Positions 1 to 16,120 of a DNA stretch of 64,000 bases are shown here, piece after piece (position 1 is the stretch's first letter; each line of letters begins with the position of its first letter). The position numbers and the translations under genes are program-made. This DNA is from the human T2T-CHM13v2.0 reference genome, Homo sapiens: NCBI RefSeq assembly GCF_009914755.1, contig NC_060947.1; one strand, written 5' to 3'. A model generated the notes under the pieces. The model did no database searches and was not told the origin of the DNA. It worked only from the letters and a program-made list of their open reading frames with translations.

Positions 1-140
1 GGTGGGAGCCTGTAGGGAGGCTGAGGAAGGAGAATGGCGTGAACCCGGGAGGCGGAGCTTGCAGTGAGCTGAGACTGTGCCACTGCACTCCAGCCTGGGC
101 GACAGAGGGAGACTCCACCTCAAACAAACAAACAAAAAAA
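1..140 (+). mobile_element. Alu right arm and tail (inside an L1, cut by the window edge)
   Basis: ggcgtgaacccgggaggcggagcttgcagtgag followed by an A-rich tail. Confidence 0.9.
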
Positions 141-3100
141 CATTCTACCCAACAACTGCAGAATATACATTCTATTCATCAGCACATGGAACATTCTCCA
201 AGACAGACCATATGATAGGCCACAAAACAAGTCTCACTTAAGAAAATCTTTAACAAGCCTTGATTTTAAAAATCAAAATTATATCAAGTACTCTCTCAGA
301 TCACAGTGGAATAAAATTAGAAATAAACTCCAAAAGGCACCCTCAAAACCATGCAAATACATGGCAATTAAATAACCTGCTTCTGAATGAACATTGGGTC
401 AACAATGAAATCAAGACAAAAGTTAAAAAATTCTTTGAACAGAACGATAATAGTGACACAACCTATCAAAACCTCTAGGATACAGCAAAAGCAGTGCTAA
501 GGGGAAATGCCCCTTAGCAAATGCATTGAATACCTACATTAAAAAGTCTGAAAGAGCACAAATAGACAATCTAAGGGCACACCTCATGAAACTGGAGAAA
601 CAAGAACAATCCAAGCCCAAACCCAGCAGAAGAAAAGAAATAACCAAGATCAGAGCAGAACTAAATGAAACTGAAACAAACAAACAAAAAAATACAAAAG
701 ATAAATGAAGCAAAACGCTGGTTCTTTTAAAATAAATAAAATTGATAGACAATTGGCAAGATGAACCAAGGAAAGAAGAGAGAAGATCCAAATAAGCTCA
801 AGTAGAAATGAAATGGGAGATATTACAACTGATACCACAGAAATACCAAAGATTATTCAATGCTACTAAGAACACTTACGTGCACAAACTAGAAAACCTA
901 AAGGAGATGGATAAATTCCTGGAAATATACAACCCTCCTACATTAAACCAGGAACATAAAGCATCTCTGAACAGACCAGTAACAAGCAGCGAGATTGAAA
1001 TGGTAACAACAACAACAAAAAATGCCAACAAAAAAGTGCACAGGACCAGACGAATTCACAGTTGAACTCTATCAGACATTCAAAGAAGAATTGATACCAA
1101 TCTTATTGACACTATTCCAAAAGTTAGAGGAAGAGGGAATCCTCCCTAAATCATTCTATGAAGCCAATATCACCCTAATACCAAAACTAGGGAAGGACAT
1201 AACAAAAAAAGAAAACTACAGACCAAAGTCCCTGATGAAGATGCAAAAATCTTCAACAAGATAATAGTGAACCAAATCCAACAGGATATCAAAAGATAAT
1301 TCACCATGATCAACTGGGTTCGATATTAGAGATGCAGGGATAGTTTAACATACACAAGTCAATAAGTGTGATATACCACATAAACAGAATTAAAAACAAA
1401 AATCGCATGATCATCTCAATAGATGCAGAAAAAGCATTTGACAAAATTCAGCATCGCTTTATGATTAAAACCCCGAGCAAAATTGGCATAGGAGGGACGT
1501 ACCTTAAGGTAATAAAAGGTAATAATCTACAACAAACCCACGGCCAACATTATACTGAACGGGCAAAAGTTGAAAGCATTCCCCCCAAGAACTGGAAGAA
1601 GAAAAGGATGCCCACTTTCACCACTTCTATTCAACATAGTACTGGAAGTCCTAGTCAGAGCAATCAGACAAGAGAAAGAAATAAAGGGCACCCAAATCGG
1701 TAAAGAGGAAGTCAAACTGTTGCTCTTTGTTGATGATATGATCATATACCTAGAAAACCCTGAAGACTCATCCAAATAGCTCCTAGAACTGGTAAATGAA
1801 TTCAGCAAAGTTTTAGGATACAAAATTAATATACATAAATCAATAGCTGTGCTATGCACCACAGCAACAAAGCTGATAATCAAATCAAGAACTCAACCCC
1901 TTTCACAATAGCTGCAGAAAAAATAAAATACTTAAGAATATACCTAGCTTCTCCCCCTCCCCCTCCCCCTCCCCCCCTCCCCCTCCCCACGGTCTCCCTC
2001 TCCCTCTCCCTCTCTCTCCACGGTCTCCCTCTGATGCCGAGCCGAAGCTGGACTGTACTGCCACCATCTCGGCTCACTGCAACCTCCCTGCCTGATTCTC
2101 CTGCCTCAGCCTGCCGAGTGCCTGGGATTGCAGGCGTGCTGCCACGCCTGACTGGTTTTCGTACTTTTTTGGTGGAGACGGGGTTTCGCTGTGTTGGCCA
2201 GGCTGGTCTCCAGCTCCTAACCGCGAGTGATCTGCCAGCCTCGGCCTCCCGAGGTGCCGGGATTGCAGATGGAGTCTCACTCACTCAGTGCTCAATGTTG
2301 CCCAGGCTGGAGTGCAGTGGCGTGATCTCTGCTCGCTACAACCTCCACCTCCCAGCCGCCTGCCTTGGCCTCCCAAAGTGCCGAGATTGCAGCCTCTGCC
2401 CGGCCGCCACCCCGTCTGGGAAGTGAGGAGCGTCTCTGCCTGGCCGCCCATCGTCTGGGATGTGAGGAGCCCCTCTGCCCCGCCGCCCAGTCTGGGAAGT
2501 GAGGAGTGCCTCTTCCCGGCCGCCATCCCATCTAGGAAGTGAGGAGCGTCTCTGCCCGGCCGCCCATCGTCTGAGATGTGGGGAGCACCTCTGCCCCGCC
2601 ACCCCGTCTGGGATGTGAGGAGCGCCTCTGCCCAGCCGGGACCCCATCTGGGAGGTGAGGAGCATCTCTGCCCGGCCGCCCCGTCTGAGAAGTGAAGAGC
2701 CCCTCCGCCCAGCAGCCGCCCGTCTGTGAAGTGAGGAGCCCCTCCGCCCAGCAGCTGCCCCGTCTGGGAAGTGAGGAGCGTCTCCGCCTGGCAGCCACCC
2801 CGTCCGGGAGGGAGGTGGAGGGCAGCCCCCACCCCGCCAGCCGCCCCGTCCAGGAGGGAGGTGGAGGGCAGCCCCCGCCCGGCCGCTGCCCCGTCTGGGA
2901 GGTGGGGGGCGCCTCTGCCCGGCCGCCCCGTCTGGGAAGTGAGGAGCCCCTCTGCCTGGCCACCACCCCGTCTGGGAGGTGTACCCAACAGCTCATTGAG
3001 AACGGGCCATGATGACGATGGCGGTTTTGTCGACTAGAAAAGGGGGAAATGTGGGGAAAAGATAGAGAAATCAGATTGTTGCTGTGTCCGTGTAGAGGGA

Positions 3101-5652
3101 AGTAGACGTAGGAGACTCCATTTTGTTCTGTACTAAGAAAAATTCTTCTGCCTTGGGATGCTGTTAATCTATAACCTTACCCCCAACCCCGTGCTCTCTG
3201 AAACATGTGCTGTGTCCACTCAGGGTTAAATGGATTAAGGGCGTTGCAAGATGTGCTTTGTTAAACAGATGCTTGAAGGCAGCATGCTCATTAAGAGTCA
3301 TCACCACTCCCTAATCTCAAGTACCCAGGGACACAAACACTGTGGAAGGCCGCAGGGTCCTCTGCCTAGGAAAACCAGAGACCCTTGTTCACTTGTTTAT
3401 CTGCTGACCTTCCCTCCACTATTGTCCTATGACCCTGCCAAATCCCCCTCTCCGAGAAACACCAAAGAATGATCAATAAATACTAAAAAAAAAAAAAAAA
3501 AAAAAAAAAGAAATGGTAACAATGGACACCTTTACCTTGTTTCCAATCTTAGTGGGAAAGTATTCAGTATTTCGCCATTATGAATGATGTTATCTATAGG
3601 TTCTTTGTAGATGGCCCTCATCAATTTGAGGAAGTTCCCTTCTATTCCTAGTTTGCTGACTATATTTATCATGGCCCGAAGGTGAACTTTTTCAAATGCC
3701 TTTTCTGTGTCTATTGGGACAACCATATGGTTTGTTTTTTAATACACTTATGTGGTGAATTGCATTTATTGATTTTTGAATGTTACAGTATACTTATATT
3801 CCTGGTATAAATTCTACTTTTTCATGATGTATTATCTTTTAAAAATATGATTAAAATATGATTGAATGTAGTTTACTAATAAAAATAAAAAAAAAAGAAT
3901 ATACCTAATCAAGGACATGAAAGACTTTTACAAGGAAAACTACAAAACACTGCTGAAAGAAATCAGAGACAACACAAATGAAAACACATTCCATGCTCAT
4001 GGATGGGTAGAATCAATATTGTGAAAATGACCATACTGCCGAAAGCAATCTACAAATTCAGTGCAATTCCCATCAAAATACCACCATCATTCTTCACAGA
4101 AATAGAAAAGACAATCCTAAAATTTATATGGAACCAAAAGCTAAGCCAAAACTAAGACTAAGCAAAAAGAACAAATCTGGAGGCATCACATTACCCAACT
4201 ACAAACTATAAGGCCATAGTCACCAAAACAGCACGATACTGGTATAAAAATAGCACATAGACCAATGGAACAGAATAGAGAAGCTGGAAATAAAGCCAAA
4301 TGCTTATAGCCAACTCATCTTTGACAAAGCAAACAAAAACATAAAGTGGGGAAAGGACACCCTATTCAACAAATGGTGCTGGGATAATTGGCAAGCCACA
4401 TGTAGAAGAATGTAACTGGATCCCCATCTCTCACCTTATCAAAAAATCAACTCGAGATGGATCAAAGACTTAAATCTAAGACCTGAAACTATAAAAATTC
4501 TAGAAGATAACATTGGAAAAACCCTTCTAGACATTGGCTTAGGCAAAGAATTCATGACCAAAGACCCAAAAACAAATACAACAAAAATAAAGATAAATAG
4601 ATGAAACATAATTAAGCTAAAATGCTTCTGCACAGCAAAAGAAATAATCAGCAGAGTTAACAACCCACAGAGTGGGAGAAAATCTTCACAATCTATACAT
4701 CTGACAGAGGACCAATATCCAGAATTACAAAGAACTCAAACAAATCAGCAAGAAAAAAGCAAATAATCCCACTAAAAAGTGAGCTAAGGACATGAATAGA
4801 CAATTCTCAAAAGAAGATATACAAATGGCCAACAAACATATGAAAAAATGCTCAACATCACTAGCGATCAGGAAAATGCAAATCAAAACCACAATGTGAT
4901 ACTATCTCACTCCTGCAAGAATGGCCATAATAAAAAAATCAAAAAATAATAGATGTTGTTATGGATGTGGTGAAAAGGGAACACTTTTACACTGCTGGTG
5001 GGAATGTAAACTAGTACAATCACTATGGAAAACAGTGTGGAGACTCCTTAAAGAACTAAAAGTAGATCTACCATTTGATTTAGCAATCCCACTACTAGGT
5101 ATCCACCCAGAAAAAAAGAAGTCATTATACGAAAAAGATACTTGCACACGCATGTTTATAGCAGCACAATTTGCAAATGCAAAAATATGGAACCAGCCCA
5201 AATGCCCATCAATCAACAAGTGGATAAAGAAAATGTTTTATATATACACCATGGAATACTACTCAGCCATAAAAAGGAATGAGATAATGGCATTCATAGC
5301 AACATGGATGGAATTGGAGACTATTATTCTAAGTGAAGTAACTCAGGAATGGAAAACCAAACGTCGTATGTTCTCATTCATGTGGAAGATGAGCTATAAG
5401 GACACAAAGGCATAAGAACAACACATTAGACTTTGGGGACTCGGGGGAAAGGATGAGGGGTGATAAGGGATAAAAGACTACACAATGGGTACAGTGTACA
5501 CTGCTTGGGTGATGGGTGCACCAAAAGCTCAGAAATCACTACTAAATAACTTACTCATGTAACCAAACGCCACCTGTTCTCCAAAAGCCTATTGAAATAA
5601 AAAAATATATATATAAAGTTGTAAAAAGAAAATTAAATTAAAAAATAAAAAA
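141..5652 (+). mobile_element. L1PB-like LINE-1 (degenerate ORF2 plus 3'UTR), interrupted by an SVA; antisense to HDAC8
   Basis: ORF2 EN/RT/C-terminal peptide fragments in the ORF track; L1PB-type 3'UTR and A tail at about 5600-5650. Confidence 0.92.
1947..3894 (+). mobile_element. SVA (older type, A-C-like): hexamer, Alu-like, VNTR, SINE-R and poly(A) to 3509, plus 3' transduced sequence to 3894
   Basis: All SVA domains present; 13-bp TSD aagaatataccta at 1934-1946 and 3895-3907. Confidence 0.95.
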
Positions 5653-5707
5653 TAATATTTGGGAGAAAAAATAATTCTGCCACTATATTATTGTTATTCT
5701 AAGATAA

Positions 5708-6100
<393 letters not shown>

Positions 6101-6187
6101 AAGACCTGCTTTTTTATTGACACACATAAAGTATTTATCTGAAGTTCCCTATAATCCTTATAATCATTATTTAAAATAATAGCATAA

Positions 6188-6490
6188 GGCTGGGCATGGT
6201 GGCACACAACTGTAATCCCAGCACTTTGGGAGGGCAAAGTGGGCTGATTGCTTGAGCCCAGGAGTTAGAGACCAGCCTGGACAACATGGCAAGACCCCAT
6301 CTCTACAAAAAAAGCCAGGTGTGGTGGTATGTGCCTGTAGTCCCAGCTACTCAGGAGGCTGATGTGGGAGGATTGCTTGACCTTTGGGGAGCAGAGGTTG
6401 CAGTGAGCCAAGACCGTGCAACTGCACTCCAGCCTGGGCGACAGAGCAAGACCCTGTCTCATAAGTAAATAATAAATAAATAAATAAAAA
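6188..6490 (+). mobile_element. AluJ
   Basis: Dimer with a (TAAA)n tail. Confidence 0.9.
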
Positions 6491-6806
6491 CAAAAAGCTT
6501 TTGCACAGAAGAAAAACAGTAAAACAATAGGATAATATTCTAAGGAGTAGATTCACCATTCCTTTATTGCTAGGCATTCATGTTATTTTAGTTTTTAAAA
6601 TTTTATAAATAACACTGATAAATACCTTCATGAAAATAGTTTGTTTCCCATATTTAAAAAAAAAATTAGGCCACATTCCCAGAAGTAAGATTACCTGATC
6701 AAAGGGCATTAATACACATTGGCTACCAAAATGCTTTCTTCCAAACCACACTCACTAGGAAACTGAGTACCATCTTTTTCAATTCTGTTAAATTTAGGCT
6801 TAAAAA

Positions 6807-7096
<290 letters not shown>

Positions 7097-8757
7097 CTAA
7101 TGGTTTTAATTTACATTTCTTTGATTAGTAGTGATGAACATTTTCCAATGTTTTCCAGTTGTCCTTAAACTCCTTTGTAAATTGTCTATTCGTGTTCTTT
7201 GTGCAGATTTCTTCTTATACATTATATTGTAGGAGTGGGTTAGATAATACAAGCCTATTACACTTTGTCATATTTATGATACATAGGCTTTTTCAGTCTG
7301 TGTTTAGATTTTGAAAATAGCCAAAAAACCTTTTAAAAGTTATTTTGGTTTTAAAATTTTGTACAGTCGGGTTTGATCTTTTCCTTTGTGATTTTAAAAA
7401 ATTACTTTCTAAGCTTAGAAAATTCTTCCCCTTTAGAAGCTTGATAAATATCCATTCACTCTAGTGTTTAAAATTTGCTTTTTTAAATATTTAACTTTTC
7501 AATCTAGCTGTCACTCATTTTAGTTTATTACAGTAGATGAGGGTATAATGGTACAAGCTGTCACAATACCATTCATTTACTCAACAGACCTTTCAACTCC
7601 CATTCACTTGCAATGCATCCTTTGTAATAGATTAAATTCTATATAATTGGTCTCTTTGTTGGGGTGGGGGGTGTACTATAACCTATCTGTCTAATTTTTG
7701 TACCAGTGTTTTCATTACTGTAGTTTTGGATGCTTAATATCTAATAGTATTAGTCCTTCGTTACTCTTCTTTTGTAGAATATTCTTTGAAAATCATCCTT
7801 TTTTAGCTTTCAAATGCAATTATTTGCTGTCTTACTCCTAAGATATAAATTTCTTGCAGGTAGAATTGGTTTATTTCCTTAGAATAGATTGCCAAGAATA
7901 TTGTTACTGGCCCAACTGGTATGAACATTTTTTCCCATTCTTAACACTTCCAAGGTTTTCAAAAGGGGTTGTATTAATTTCACTGTAATCCTTCTACCAC
8001 CTGGATATTTTGAAATAATCTTTTTCAAACTTGGTAGGGGAAACAATATATCTTGCTTCAATTTCTATATCTCTGCTTACTGGTGATGATAAACATACAT
8101 TTGACATGTAGTAGGTGCCTAATCAATGCTTGTTCAATGAATAAATGGCATGTATGAATCTGTACATATATTTGCAGATGGGAAGTTTAAGCAAATATTG
8201 TGATTATAATAGGTAAATGTTGGCTAGATGTAAGTTTGTGGCCTAAATGCCTGTAGTCCATCTACAGAGAGGTTCTAGTTATGCCAAGAACACCTTGGAA
8301 TTCAGACCTAAACTGGGGCAATCTCTAGAGACTCTGTAATTTATATTTATCACAGGCATGTCCGTTTCCATGCAGGATCAGCTGAAAGATGTCTACAACA
8401 GTTAAGGCGATATATGTGGGTATCCCCATGTCTGTGTGCAGCCCAGAAGCAGTCGTGATTGGGTCAAGACAGAGTGTACTTCCTTTGGCAGCAAAACAGT
8501 AATAAGAAGCAGAGTACTCCACTGGAAAATGACCCAGGCCCTAGTAGGCCTTCTGCAGTTAATTTAATTGCATAATAAACTGGATGTCATTCATAGAAGC
8601 AAGCCTTTTCTATGAAGCCACACTACTTTTCTTCTCAACTTGCCAAGCCCAAGAGGACCTAGAAGTCTTTCGTTCAGAGAAGCTTAGCTTTCTCCTTTCA
8701 CTCTGCACCTGGGAGGGGAGAGGGTCATTTTTTTTCTCCTAGCAGTCATTGTCTTTA

Positions 8758-9285
<528 letters not shown>

Positions 9286-9778
9286 CTAACAAAAGGCAGC
9301 TTGTCTCTGTTTTTAAAACCATGTAAGACTCATTACTAAAACATTGGTTTCCTTTGCTGTGTTGCCCAACTAGTAAATTCTAGCAGTAAACTTTTTCAAG
9401 GACTTCCTTGGCCACAAAATCTGTCAATTTGATGGAAAAAATTCTGTTATTATCTTAACCTGCATATGCTGAAGTTGTGCTGTGTTTTATTCTGAAAAAC
9501 AAAGTGTTGTTTTCTCTTGACCTAAGAGCACCTAAGGTCACGGTTGATTGCATGAACAATTGATTCCTGAGTGAGGCATTGGCAGTTACTACCACAGTGG
9601 CTTCATTTCTCTCAGACAGAGGATCGATAAATTCAGAGTTTAAAAAATCCTTCTTCTTCAATGTGGATTAAGTACTACAGAAATATCAAACAAAGTCCCA
9701 AATGCTGAAGGAGGGCCCAGCAATCCTTCTCAGACAGACTACTGCAGTTTGACATGTTAACATAAAACTCTAGAAGGT

Positions 9779-10090
9779 GGCCAGGCGCGGTGGCTCACCC
9801 CTGTAATCCCAGCACTTTGGGAGGCCAAGGCAGGCAGATCACCTGAGGTCAGGAGTTTAAGACCAGCCTGGCCAACGTGGTGAAACCCTGTCTCTACAAA
9901 AATACAAAAATTAGCTGGGCATGATGGCGGGTGCCTGTAATTCCAGCTACTCAGGAGGCTGAGGCAGGAGAATCACTTGAACTGGGAAGGAGGAGGTTGC
10001 AGTAAGCTGAGATCGCGCAACTGCACTCTAGCCTGAACGACAGGGCGAGACTCTGTCTCAAAAACAAACAAACAAATAAACAAACAAACA
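9779..10090 (+). mobile_element. AluS
   Basis: Dimer with a (CAAA)n tail. Confidence 0.92.
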
Positions 10091-10671
10091 CTCCAAAGGA
10101 CTTCTCCTCTAACTCCAAGAAGCACCTAGGAAGAGCCTTTTCACAAGCCCTTTGTCTTTGAGAGACATCTACCTCTGGGTTGCTACTTTCATTAGAGGAG
10201 CATGAGCCCTCTTCTTGATTCTTCAGCCTTTTGTTTTAAACCTATTAGCGTCAATTTTCCACCTTTTTAAAAATCTGTTTGCCACTTCTTTTAAGAACTA
10301 GCTCTAAAATTCACTTCTGCCAAGACTTCCATGATTAATTTCTTTCTACTGATAAGTCTCTTCAGCTCATACATATATTCCATTGGTACCATAACTAATG
10401 TTGTTCTCTATTCTAATTTTGTTAATGTTTCTAGACTGTAAGTCCCTCGAAGACAGGGGAATTTCTAGAAAGCCGAAAAGGAATTTAGAGACTGTCTAGT
10501 TGTATCCTTTGTTCATTTTATTGATGAAGAAACTGAGGCCTAGGGAGGGTAATCAGTCCAAGTCAGTTAGCCAAGTTAGAAAAACTAGGTGTAGAGCCCA
10601 GGTGTCCTGACTTTGAGCAGTGTGCTTTCCACTATATTAGGTAATCTTTTTTCTATTTCACTTGGATTTCT

Positions 10672-10711
10672 TCAGAATGCCTTGTAAAGTGCCACATACA
10701 CACACGTCTCT
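10672..10711 (-). CDS. HDAC8: HDAC8 alternative terminal exon after exon 4 (ETCVYVALYKAF*), short isoform
   Basis: Acceptor tttacag| 92 nt after the exon 4 donor, in frame, TGA at 10672; AATAAA at 10517-10522; matches my recollection of a truncated 158-aa isoform. Confidence 0.7.
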
Positions 10712-10802
10712 CTGTAAATGTCAATACAATAAGCATAAGAGTTTACATAACTGAGAAACTGACTCAAGGAAAGAGTCAGAAAACAGAAAGGTCATTTTCT
10801 TA

Positions 10803-10946
<144 letters not shown>

Positions 10947-11648
10947 TTAGGGCAAAAATCAGAAGAGCTGGTTAAAAGGTGAACTGGAAAAAGAGGAGGA
11001 ATAGGTTGAGGTGTGACAACAACCTAACCTACTAAAAAGCCACTGTGCTAATATCAGCTCCAACTGAGACAGAAACAACTCCAATGTTGGGGATATAATA
11101 TTTTAAAAGGTTAGAGCTAGAAAGGATAAACCCTCCTGATGAACTAGTCACAGGCTACAGATAGAGAAACCAAGCCTGAGAGGTGATGTGTCTTGTCAGT
11201 GGTCACACAGAGCCAGGCTTGGGACCCAGCTCTGTTGACCCCCCAGTTCAATGTTCCTCTGCTAAACCATGCTGTTTTTCTAGACTATCCTGCAGGTCAC
11301 TTACAGTTTTAAAAAATGCAGCTGTTTAATGAGGGGTGAGGTACAAAAACTTAGCCAGAACATAAATCTGTACTCCAGTTAAAATATAAGGTCACAGGAC
11401 AGCTAAATCAGCATATACACAGCCAGACCAGATCTGAGCACTGCCAGTAGGGCATAAGCAACTGAAAGGTTTTCTTTCATCTAACCCTTCATGTGGTTTT
11501 GCTCAACTCATATGGTTTGCTTGTTTAGTGAGTTATATGTGGCTAAACCAAAAGATTAAGATTGACAGTTAACACATGATTTCTTAACGAAAAATATTAA
11601 AAAAATCATACAAGTTATAAAAAAAATTAGTCTGTCCATCTCCCATCA

Positions 11649-11828
<180 letters not shown>

Positions 11829-12689
11829 TCAGTGAGTCAGACCCAGCGTATGCCAGAAGCTAGAAACAGAAGCCAGCAGTCTGAGAAGAAAATACGTCTC
11901 AACTTCTGGTTCCAATAGGCTGGAGTAATAAACATATTCTGTTCTTCCACTGCACTGTGCGGTCTTCACTGCCTCACATCTACAGTAGTGACTCTATTAA
12001 TAAGGGGCAAGAAGATAGATTTTCCCTTGAGTTTATAGGTAAGTAAACAAAAGTAATTATATTCAAGTTAAACAAATAATCAGGTATCAGACAGACTTTA
12101 CCCTGTGAGTTACAACTTTCAGGACAAACTAGTAGGCAGGGATATTTTCATTTGAACCAGTTGCGAATTGGGCTATCTAATCCTTTCAGCTATATCTTTA
12201 TTTTAATAGGCAGCTATGTTATCATGCATTTTGAATTTGGAGTCAGATTTGGAGTCAGAGAATTGGGTTCCTGTCCTAATTCTGTACTTACTAGCTCTAT
12301 AACCTCAGATAAGTCAACTGTTCTGTAGTTCAGTTTTCTTATTTGTAAAATGGGGAACTTTATGGGACTTATGTGAAGATAAAAGGATAACACATACAAA
12401 AATGCTTGGTGGATAACTATCATTCTATTAACAGATAAAAAATGGGCAACCCAAAATGTAATGTTTCTAGACTTGGACCCTCCTATCTGCCTCTGAGAGC
12501 GAGGCGAGAAGGGGCAAAATGGTTGGAACCGGACTTCACTCAGAACCTCTCAACCTACTCCTCACGAAAAATGACAAATAGAAGCGAGTGAGGGAATAAA
12601 GGGAGCTAACCCAATAAGAGGCCTTACCACATCTAACCTCTAGCTGCCTATTCCCCATTTCCTCTTCTTGACCCCACAGCTGCCACTAC

Positions 12690-12885
12690 TGTTCTCTAGC
12701 CCTTGCCACTTAAAGGGTGGTCCATAGACCAGGAGCATCAGCATTCCCTGGGTGCTTGTTAGAAATGCAGAACTTCAGACTTGCCTCAGACCTGAGTCAG
12801 AATTTGTATTTTAACATGATGATTTTTAAACAAGATGACACATTTTAAGGTGATTCATATACACATTCAAGTTGAAGGAGCCCTG
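12690..12885. mobile_element. MER5A-like hAT-Charlie DNA transposon
   Basis: tggtccatagaccaggagcatcagcattccctggg...cttgttagaaatgcagaa; similar copies near 26660-26810, 42380-42490 and 45320-45440. Confidence 0.65.
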
Positions 12886-13237
12886 ACCTGGGCCACAGGG
12901 AGGCAGCAGTGGTTTTAAATGTCTGCTGAATGGGAACACAGCCATGAGTTTACGATGAATGAATACGACTATACAGGCTACTACTATCACCAAGGTAGCT
13001 GGAAGAAATCCTGTGGTTTGGCCTCAAAAGTGAAATACATAGCCAAGACCCAAGAATTCTTGCTTCTTCTTAAAGAAGACAAATCTATACCACCAGAGGT
13101 GAAAAATCTACCCATTAAAATAAAAATTTTGTAATATCTCGGACCGTATTTCCCAGTCCTAAAAGCTCCCTCTTCTAGTACCCTTCCATTTATTTTGGTA
13201 AATGTTAAAAAACACTTACTGAAAACCTCCCTATTTA

Positions 13238-13614
<377 letters not shown>

Positions 13615-13792
13615 CTACCTTCTGGGAGATAAATGAAGCATAGCACACTAGTTGGTATGAGCACTCACCTATTTGGCCAGAAATTGTCATAAGTAATCCT
13701 ATATGTGGCAGGGTTATATTTGCTCTTATAACGACATCAAATACAGAAATGGCAATAAACAGCAAGTTCATGTTTTTGGAAGAAACAGTTAG

Positions 13793-14137
<345 letters not shown>

Positions 14138-14406
14138 CTTCTTTGGTCTTGATCTGTCTCCAGCCTCACCCATTAAAGTTTGGTGCTGGTGGTGGGTTGT
14201 CTAAAAGTCTTAGGTTGAACTCACACCCTCAAATCTGGCTTAGAATGAAACGAAATCAAAAGAAAAATGGAACACCTCCTAGCTGAACACCTTTTTGTAT
14301 GAGACAGGTTTTAATACCCAAATGTACTCAAAATCTCCACAATGCACTGCACCTACCCCTGGGATACTTAACCAAGCAATCGAGCTGTATTTCTAATGAA
14401 CCTTAA

Positions 14407-14782
<376 letters not shown>

Positions 14783-14971
14783 CCCCAAGTTTTCTTAATT
14801 CTTCAAGAGCTTTCTTGGGATTACAGGCAGATTACAAACACTGTGAATACTTTCACAGAAAGCTAAAATAATTTTTTCAAAAGACCATTCTTTTCCTTGC
14901 CCCACTGTGAAGCAGGATATTAAGGCTACGAACACCTAGCTTCAGGGCTATGTTCAAGAAAGACAACTTAC

Positions 14972-15024
14972 CTCATCTGCTTATGCAGTGCATATGCTTC
15001 AATCAAAGAATGCACCATACTGGC
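14972..15024 (-). CDS. HDAC8: HDAC8 exon 2 (53 nt, ASMVHSLIEAYALHKQM-R)
   Basis: Acceptor ttttag|GCC, donor AG|gtaagt; phase matches exons 1 and 3. Confidence 0.97.
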
Positions 15025-15496
15025 CTAAAAACATCAGCGTAAAAAAAAAAAAAGAAAAGCAGAAATAGTCTCTTTAAAGTTTAATTCAGCAAAATCCCCG
15101 TCAATCTCACCATCCTGAACAAAGGAACGGATTAATTTTGTTTCAACTGGCTTCCCTTCTGTTAACAGTTACAATACACTTTAGACAATACAGATACAAA
15201 GTATCAAAATCACTAAGGTGAAAGCTACCGGGCCTTAGGCAGGTGATGGAACACCTTCCCCCTGCAGCTTGTTTTCCCACGACTTCAGCGGTCCCCTATG
15301 AGTGGAAACTGCGTCCTCTCCCCTCCTCCGTACCCCCTCCCCCACTCCTACCTGTCCATTGGACGTCCCGAAGAGACATGCTGCGCTCTCAGAAACGATA
15401 TGAGAACACTTCCTTCTGATACAGCTTTAGGTATCTGATACAGCTACTCGAAATTTCTGAAGATTTCCCCCAGCCCAGTGTCCTCTCCGCTTCCTA

Positions 15497-16120
<624 letters not shown>

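Noticed and set aside
1854-3037. Long overlapping ORFs of up to 235 aa on both strands
   Set aside because: They lie in the GC-rich SVA VNTR and Alu-like region, which is depleted of stop codons; not genes.
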